Shown: piece after piece, positions 58,682-64,000 of the stretch
Layout: each line of letters opens with the position of its first letter
How positions within the stretch are numbered: position 1 is the stretch's first letter
Origin: Candidatus Latescibacterota bacterium
GTDB lineage: Bacteria > Latescibacterota > UBA2968
Reading direction: 5' to 3'
Assembly: GCA_965207885.1 (NCBI GenBank)
Contig: OZ242311.1
Span: forward strand, 5,472,001 to 5,536,000
Length of the DNA: 64,000 bases
Made by a program: the position numbers and the translations under genes
Notes under the pieces: model-generated
Database searches by the model: none
What the model was told of the DNA's origin: nothing
The model's input: the letters and a program-made list of their open reading frames with translations, nothing else

Positions 58682-58686
58682 GGTAT

Positions 58687-59424
58687 TTATCCAGTTTTTC
58701 TCCCGCCAAAAACAGCCAGTTCAAACAGCTTGAAATAACAATCTACATCTGAAAAACCAATAGCTCTGAGCCATTCGCATTGAGCTTCAACAGACGCGAG
58801 AATATTCGCCTGTTTGTCATCGCGATAATAATAAGCCCGCGCGATTTCATCGCGAGAAGCATTTGGATCTCGCCGCGTAACAGAATCGTAAAGCGCGTCA
58901 ATAAAGCGATCTGCAAAACGCGACTCAACCCACTTCGACGGAGAGCGAACATGCTCGACATTGACAAACACGCCATTGGGAGAAAGCAGATCAAAAATCT
59001 CGCCATAAACTTCGCGCTTGCGTTCATCGCTCTGATGATGAATTGAAAAACCCGATACAATCGCGTCATAAGGCGCGTCATCTGCAACCAGACTGAGCCA
59101 ATCGGACGTTGCATAATCGCCAATAACAAAACGGTGCTGTGAAGCCGTTTCCCCAAACCGCTTCTGCGCAGCCTCGATCATAGCCTCAGAAAAATCTACA
59201 AAAACGCCGCGTGCATCCGGGTGGTATTCAATAACCGCGGCGCCGAGTATGCCATCCCCACACCCCAGATCGAGCACAGTATTGACCCCGTGATCATCCG
59301 CATTAATCACCCGGCACATAACGGCAATCTGCTCATCGGACAGCGGAATTGCCTGCCGAATATTCTTGAGATATTTCTGCGCCAGATCTCGCGCCTGCCA
59401 GGCTGTATCTTTGCGTTTGCTCAT
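58687..59424 (-). CDS. Class I SAM-dependent methyltransferase (CmoA-like)
   Basis: VLDLGCGDG, VDFSEAM and YDAIVSGFSIHH motifs. Confidence 0.85.
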   Translation of the reverse strand: MSKRKDTAWQARDLAQKYLKNIRQAIPLSDEQIAVMCRVINADDHGVNTVLDLGCGDGILGAAVIEYHPDARGVFVDFSEAMIEAAQKRFGETASQHRFVIGDYATSDWLSLVADDAPYDAIVSGFSIHHQSDERKREVYGEIFDLLSPNGVFVNVEHVRSPSKWVESRFADRFIDALYDSVTRRDPNASRDEIARAYYYRDDKQANILASVEAQCEWLRAIGFSDVDCYFKLFELAVFGGRKTG

Positions 59425-59463
59425 AAAAATTCCATTTCTCAGCTTTTAGCGGTCAACGGTCAA

Positions 59464-59505
59464 CAAAACCTTCTGGATCGCGGCTCAACACCATGCCGCG
59501 ATGAC
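59464..59505 (-). repeat. REP-like palindrome, second copy
   Basis: Minus strand reads GTCATCGCGGCATGGTGTTGAGCCGCGATCCAG; flanked by heptamer-like repeats. Confidence 0.85.
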
Positions 59506-59551
59506 AACCTCCCTTCATACTTCACACTTCCTACTTCACACTTTCCCATAT

Positions 59552-61132
59552 TCAATACCCCACTGCCAGACCATCCTTGCGGGGATCGGAAGCCGCGCAA
59601 TAACCGTCGTCCAATTTATAAATGAGTTGACCTCCGCCATATCCAATAGCTGGTGGAATTTGGATATCGTGCCCGCGGGCGCGAAGATCGTCCAGCACAC
59701 CGGCATCCACACCTGGCTCAATACCCACGCTCAAACCGCCAAAAACCTGCCACCGGGGCGCATCACACGCAGCCTGTGGATTTTGACCATAAGCAAAAAT
59801 CCGAATCATCATCTGCGCGTGACCTTGCGGCTGCATGTGCCCACCCATAACGCCGAAAGACATCACCGGTTGGCCCTCTCGGGTCGCAAACGCTGGAATA
59901 ATCGTATGATACGGTCGCTTGCCCCCATCTACGCGATTGGGATGGTCCTCCGTCAAAACAAAACCCGCACCCCGGTTCTGCATACTAATACCCGTATCCG
60001 GAATCACAACACCAGATCCAAAACCCATATAATTGGACTGAATAAACGAAACCATCATCCCATCTGCATCTGCCGCCGTAAGATAAACCGTATCCCCACG
60101 CGGCATGCCAAAAGTGGGCATCCCTGCCCTTTTCAGATCAATCGACCTCGCGCGTTGCGCCAGATAATCCGGATCGAGCAATTGCGCGAACTCAATATCC
60201 CGCGTACCCGGATCAGACACGTACCTGTGCGTATCCGCATACGCCAACTTCATCGCCTCAATCTGAAGATGTAAACTATCCGCCGAATCAACAGCATACC
60301 CGGACAAATCCCAATTCTCCAGTATCCCCAGCGCAATCAGTGCCGCAATACCCTGACCATTCGGCGGAATTTCGTGCAGCGTATAACCCCCAAAATCCAT
60401 CGTCATTGTATCCACCCAATCTGTCCGATGCTCCGCCAGGTCTTCTTCTGTCATCGCACCGCCAGTGCGTTTTGCATGCGCAGCGATCTTCTCTGCCAAA
60501 TCTCCCGAATAGAACGCCTCTCCTCTTGTCTCCGCAATCCGTTCAAGCGTGCGCGCCTGCGCGCCACACACAAATTTCTCTCCAATTTTCGGCGCGCGTC
60601 CCCCGGGTGCAAAAGTCGCCATCCAATCGGGCATATCGCCGTAATTATACACAGCCTGTGCCCAGCTATGCCCGGTAATAGGCGAAACTACAAAACCATC
60701 GCGGGCATAGTGAATCGCGGGTTCAAACAACGCCTCAAACGGCAACACGCCAAACCGCTCTGAAACCTCGGCCCATGCCGAAACACAGCCAGGCACAGTC
60801 ACGGCATCCCAACCGCGCTGAGGCATCAGAGTGTGCGCTGCAAATAAATCGGGCGACCACGCTTTTGGGGAACGCCCCGATGCATTGAGACCGTGTATTT
60901 GCTCGCCATCCCACAAAATGCAAAACGCATCGCTACCTATACCATTCATATTGGGTTCAACAACCGTAAGCGCCATGGCTGTTGCCAGAGCTGCATCTGC
61001 GGCATTGCCACCTTTGAGCAACATCTGCAACCCCGCCTGAGCGGCCAGAGGTTGAGAAGTCGCAACCACATTGCGCGCCATAACCGGCATGCGTTGTGAA
61101 GAATACGGAAAAGACCAGGATAATTCGGGCAT
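59552..61132 (-). CDS. ggt: Gamma-glutamyltransferase family (cytoplasmic, YwrD-like)
   Basis: TSQPLA, GGNAADA, catalytic Thr in DTVY, PYHTIIP, GVMGG and SDPRKDG motifs. Confidence 0.9.
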   Translation of the reverse strand: MPELSWSFPYSSQRMPVMARNVVATSQPLAAQAGLQMLLKGGNAADAALATAMALTVVEPNMNGIGSDAFCILWDGEQIHGLNASGRSPKAWSPDLFAAHTLMPQRGWDAVTVPGCVSAWAEVSERFGVLPFEALFEPAIHYARDGFVVSPITGHSWAQAVYNYGDMPDWMATFAPGGRAPKIGEKFVCGAQARTLERIAETRGEAFYSGDLAEKIAAHAKRTGGAMTEEDLAEHRTDWVDTMTMDFGGYTLHEIPPNGQGIAALIALGILENWDLSGYAVDSADSLHLQIEAMKLAYADTHRYVSDPGTRDIEFAQLLDPDYLAQRARSIDLKRAGMPTFGMPRGDTVYLTAADADGMMVSFIQSNYMGFGSGVVIPDTGISMQNRGAGFVLTEDHPNRVDGGKRPYHTIIPAFATREGQPVMSFGVMGGHMQPQGHAQMMIRIFAYGQNPQAACDAPRWQVFGGLSVGIEPGVDAGVLDDLRARGHDIQIPPAIGYGGGQLIYKLDDGYCAASDPRKDGLAVGY

Positions 61133-61150
61133 AGATCTGCATCTCCTATA

Positions 61151-61612
61151 TCAATTCAAAGTGATTTCTTTTTTAACATCATTCATCAAATCATCGCTAT
61201 CAACAGGTGCGCGCAACGGCTCTGTAAAATTCAGCCGATACCCATTGGGATCTATCACAATAACCTCGCGCGCATTCCACGGGCGATCGTGCGGACCGGA
61301 AACCTGGACATTGCCATCGCGTCGCACCCGTTCCGCAATCGCATCAACCGACTCGCGCAACACTGTAAAATTGAGCGTAACGCCCGCACCCCTTATGGAT
61401 GCTATCAATGAGTTTGGTCCCTCCTCCATCAGAATCAAATCCGCATGAGGAGCCCAGCGCAAATGCGACATAATGGGATCGCCCTGGGCACCTGGCATCT
61501 GTGAAATTAGAGAAAAACCGAGCGTATCGCAATACCACCGCGTAGATATATTGAGATCGTGAACCATCAGAGTTGTATAGGACGGCATCTGGTAGTCGAA
61601 ATCGGATTCCAC
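61151..61612 (-). CDS. VOC (glyoxalase/bleomycin-resistance) family protein
   Basis: WYCDTLGF and DRPWNARE...DPNGYRLNF motifs. Confidence 0.85.
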   Translation of the reverse strand: MESDFDYQMPSYTTLMVHDLNISTRWYCDTLGFSLISQMPGAQGDPIMSHLRWAPHADLILMEEGPNSLIASIRGAGVTLNFTVLRESVDAIAERVRRDGNVQVSGPHDRPWNAREVIVIDPNGYRLNFTEPLRAPVDSDDLMNDVKKEITLN

Positions 61613-61653
61613 CTTGCATGTCCTTTCTCCCCAAAGGGGTAGTAACCACCAAC

Positions 61654-61686
61654 AAAAAAACCCGCCGAAGATGCTTCGGCGGGTTC
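61654..61686 (-). terminator. Intrinsic terminator upstream of the VOC gene (putative attenuator)
   Basis: GAACCCGCCGAAG-CAU-CUUCGGCGGGUUUUUUU. Confidence 0.85.
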
Positions 61687-61718
61687 GTTTTTACAAGACT
61701 CATTTGCATTTAAGTCTA

Positions 61719-61898
61719 TCATCTCATTTTGAACCCGCCAATAATATTTTTATCATTACCCGTGAAAACCGCGAGATTCGATCCACCATCCGGGCACACA
61801 TGACCAGTGGCACGGATAAATGACATCTGCGCAGTTGCACTGATAGCGCAGTCATCCATCATTTGCAGGGTATTATACTGGTGGGTTACAAAAATCAT
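61719..61898 (-). CDS. Putative 59-aa leader peptide (uORF)
   Basis: MIFVTHQYNTLQMMDDCAISATAQMSFIRATGHVCPDGGSNLAVFTGNDKNIIGGFKMR*; GAGAG SD-like sequence; lies between a promoter and a terminator. Confidence 0.55.
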   Translation of the reverse strand: MIFVTHQYNTLQMMDDCAISATAQMSFIRATGHVCPDGGSNLAVFTGNDKNIIGGFKMR

Positions 61899-61942
61899 AT
61901 TACACTCTCAACTGTATCTGCAAACAGAACCGAACGATGCAG

Positions 61943-61971
61943 AAGATATATTGGGAATTGATCAAAGTCAA
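61943..61971 (-). promoter_or_regulatory. Putative sigma70 promoter
   Basis: TTGACT-N17-TATCTT. Confidence 0.65.
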
Positions 61972-61985
61972 GCGGGTTTTTCGCG

Positions 61986-62780
61986 CTAAGGTCGCTTCCG
62001 ATGAAACATGAGATCGGCAAACGCGCCCGTCACCTTACTACCCGTATTATCCGAATCAGACATGAGATATACGCGCACAACTTCTGCGGGTTCTTCATCG
62101 GGATAAAATCGCTTGAAATCCCGATAAAAATTGCGCGACTCCCCAACCCATTGATTCACATTTTGATCCCCGCTCTCGGCAACAATGCGATACCACTTAT
62201 ATTTCACAATTCCCAGCGCAACAGACGTCACCTGTGTCAGCGAAGTCTCTTCGGGTATGGTCCGCGTCCAGAGATAGGCAACCTCCCGCAGCTTCCCTCT
62301 GGTATTGAGAACCGAAATACCGATCTTAGCTGCAAAATCATCGCCCGATTTCTGAATCTTGCCTTTGTGATCTGCCGTACCGCTATCATCAATCGTATTG
62401 CTGACCCGCCAGCGCCATGAAATATAGGGATACTCAGTTGCAGATATGAGATCATACTGCCCCTGCGCCTGTTCGCGGACATCCTTCCCAAAGCTCCTGG
62501 GTGGTCGGTCACAGCGCTTGATCCAATCCTGACTGCGATCAATTGACAACGCCGTGCCATTCTTTGTCGGCACCTGCCAGAAAAGTGCCGCCGCATGATC
62601 GCTGCGAATCGCAAACACGCCATCTCGATGTTGCCCAGTAACATTCTCGCCGCAATCGTCCCAATCGCGTCGCAACCAATCGCCTCCCATATCTACGGCA
62701 ACACGATCCTGCGCTTGCACAACACACGGGAAAATTAAAAAACCTATCTTGAGCAAATTCCAAAAAATATTACGAATCAT
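61986..62780 (-). CDS. DUF3047 domain secreted protein
   Basis: Signal peptide; YPYISWRWRV, DDFAAKI, WVGESRN...DF and MSDSDNT motifs. Confidence 0.8.
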   Translation of the reverse strand: MIRNIFWNLLKIGFLIFPCVVQAQDRVAVDMGGDWLRRDWDDCGENVTGQHRDGVFAIRSDHAAALFWQVPTKNGTALSIDRSQDWIKRCDRPPRSFGKDVREQAQGQYDLISATEYPYISWRWRVSNTIDDSGTADHKGKIQKSGDDFAAKIGISVLNTRGKLREVAYLWTRTIPEETSLTQVTSVALGIVKYKWYRIVAESGDQNVNQWVGESRNFYRDFKRFYPDEEPAEVVRVYLMSDSDNTGSKVTGAFADLMFHRKRP

Positions 62781-62926
62781 ATCTACCTTTTGTTGAAATA
62801 TTAAAAACTGATTAGAACCGATCTTCGCGTGTGAATCAAATTCACACCTGTTGCGAAAACACCACAGACAAGCGCGGTTTTAACGGAGATTTTATTCATT
62901 ATACGCACAAATGCAAGTTTCATACC

Positions 62927-62959
62927 AAAAAAAAACGCGACGGGAAAAAACCCGTCGCG
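62927..62959 (-). terminator. Intrinsic terminator after the Spy/CpxP-like gene
   Basis: CGCGACGGG-UUUUUU-CCCGUCGCG followed by a long U-tract. Confidence 0.85.
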
Positions 62960-62987
62960 CTTATGCGATCAAATGGCAAATAGAAAA

Positions 62988-63686
62988 CTACATCTCTGAT
63001 GACTCTTCACTGTGGTGTTCGGACTTCTCTTTCATCTCGGACTTCTCCTGCGTCTCAGATTCTTTTTTCATCTGATCGCGATCTCCACCTCGGCGGCCTC
63101 TGAAACCTGGACCACCGCGACCTCTGAACCGAGGACCATCGTTATCTCTGAACCCAGGACCACGGCCTCTGAACCCAGGTCCCCCACGGCCTCTGAAACC
63201 TGGACCACCGCGACCTCTGAACCGAGGACCATCGTTATCTCTGAACCCAGGACCACCGCGACCGCGAAAACCCTCGCGTCCTCCTCGGCGCATCTCACCG
63301 AGCTTCTCCTTTTGTTCAGCAGTCAGCAATTTTCTAACATCTATATTGTGCTGAATCTCGCGCGCCATAATTTTCCCCTGCGCCGCCGTCACCGCATCGA
63401 CCTTAGCCTGAATATCCGAAGCCGATGGATTGTCCTGCTTCCGAATCTCACCCAAATCGATCCGCGCTTTCGCATGTGCCGCGCGCAAATCGACCATCGC
63501 CTTTTGATGGGCAGAACGCAGATCAGACATCTTTTCCTTCTGCTCATCCGTCAACTCCAGCGCCGCCATACCGCGCATACCGCGGCGTTGGCCCCTTTGA
63601 GCTTCTGCCTGTTTCACAAAAGCGACACTTCCAATAATTCCAATAACGAAAATACCGATAACTGCGTAGATAATTTTGCGTTTCAT
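62988..63686 (-). CDS. Spy/CpxP (LTXXQ) family periplasmic protein with a Gly/Arg/Phe repeat tail
   Basis: Signal peptide; LELTDEQ and LLTAEQ motifs; repeated GPGFRGR units. Confidence 0.85.
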   Translation of the reverse strand: MKRKIIYAVIGIFVIGIIGSVAFVKQAEAQRGQRRGMRGMAALELTDEQKEKMSDLRSAHQKAMVDLRAAHAKARIDLGEIRKQDNPSASDIQAKVDAVTAAQGKIMAREIQHNIDVRKLLTAEQKEKLGEMRRGGREGFRGRGGPGFRDNDGPRFRGRGGPGFRGRGGPGFRGRGPGFRDNDGPRFRGRGGPGFRGRRGGDRDQMKKESETQEKSEMKEKSEHHSEESSEM

Positions 63687-63808
63687 GATACCAACTCCTC
63701 ATAGTTAAACAGCAGTTTCCCAGCATACTATCTGCTTGTAGTAAAAAATCGAACAACCCTCGGCTGTGTTCAGGCCGGCATCTGTTCACAACTCGAAAGT
63801 CGCGAGTC

Positions 63809-63862
63809 AGAAGCTGTCTTAATCCCCCCAGAGAATACATCGGGATTTTTAAAACAGCTTCT
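63809..63862. repeat. Short inverted repeat, possible MITE relic
   Basis: AGAAGCTGTCTTAATCCC...GGGATTTTTAAAACAGCTTCT; one end overlaps a TAG stop. Confidence 0.45.
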
Positions 63863-64000
63863 ATGGTGGGCCCCTACGGGAACCGGGTGGACGGTCTCCC
63901 GGGGGACCTCGGCGGCCGCCACCTCGGCCGCGGAATCCTTGACGTTTATTTTTTTCCTCAAATTTTGCAAACTGCTCAGGCGTGAGAATCGTCTTCAACT
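63861..64000 (-). CDS. 3' end of a second LTXXQ-type protein with an RGG tail (partial)
   Basis: Manual translation: ...LKTILTPEQFAKFEEKNKRQGFRGRGGGRRGPPGDRPPGSRRGPP*. Confidence 0.7.
   Translation of the reverse strand, partial: LKTILTPEQFAKFEEKNKRQGFRGRGGGRRGPPGDRPPGSRRGPP

Noticed and set aside
58500-58690. T-box riboswitch upstream of aspS
   Set aside because: There is no UGGNACC antiterminator bulge or room for a Stem I; the leader-peptide model explains the helices.
63770-63970. 66-aa ORF from the track
   Set aside because: It is in the wrong frame; the overlapping frame ending at 63861 carries the LTPEQ motif.

Overview
A 64-kb gene-dense bacterial chromosomal segment. The SusC/SusD pair, PorV and T9SS-CTD genes, nine PhyH-family Fe(II)/2OG dioxygenases and three sulfatases suggest an FCB-group organism, perhaps a Latescibacterota/Gemmatimonadota-like sponge symbiont (inference). 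It carries sugar-acid and ester catabolic genes, pyrE, a VapBC-type locus, two orphan antitoxins, an RND permease, a PhyH/sulfatase array, three DUF1800 paralogues with a Tat-type DUF1501, an operon of beta-barrel, TonB-dependent receptor, T9SS cargo and PorV, and several REP and short-tandem repeats. The strongest signal is missing from the ORF track: a 29-codon leader peptide (58681..58592, -) containing Asn-Asn-Asn-Asp-Asp-Asn-Asn. It overlaps mutually exclusive protector, antiterminator and terminator helices directly upstream of an archaeal-type, probably non-discriminating aspartyl-tRNA synthetase, making it a candidate Asn/Asp-sensing ribosome-mediated attenuator. A second promoter-uORF-antiterminator/terminator arrangement (61971..61654, -) precedes the VOC and gamma-glutamyltransferase genes further up the same strand. 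I saw no rRNA, tRNA, CRISPR array or transposase. All calls come from motif reading by eye; no database searches were run.
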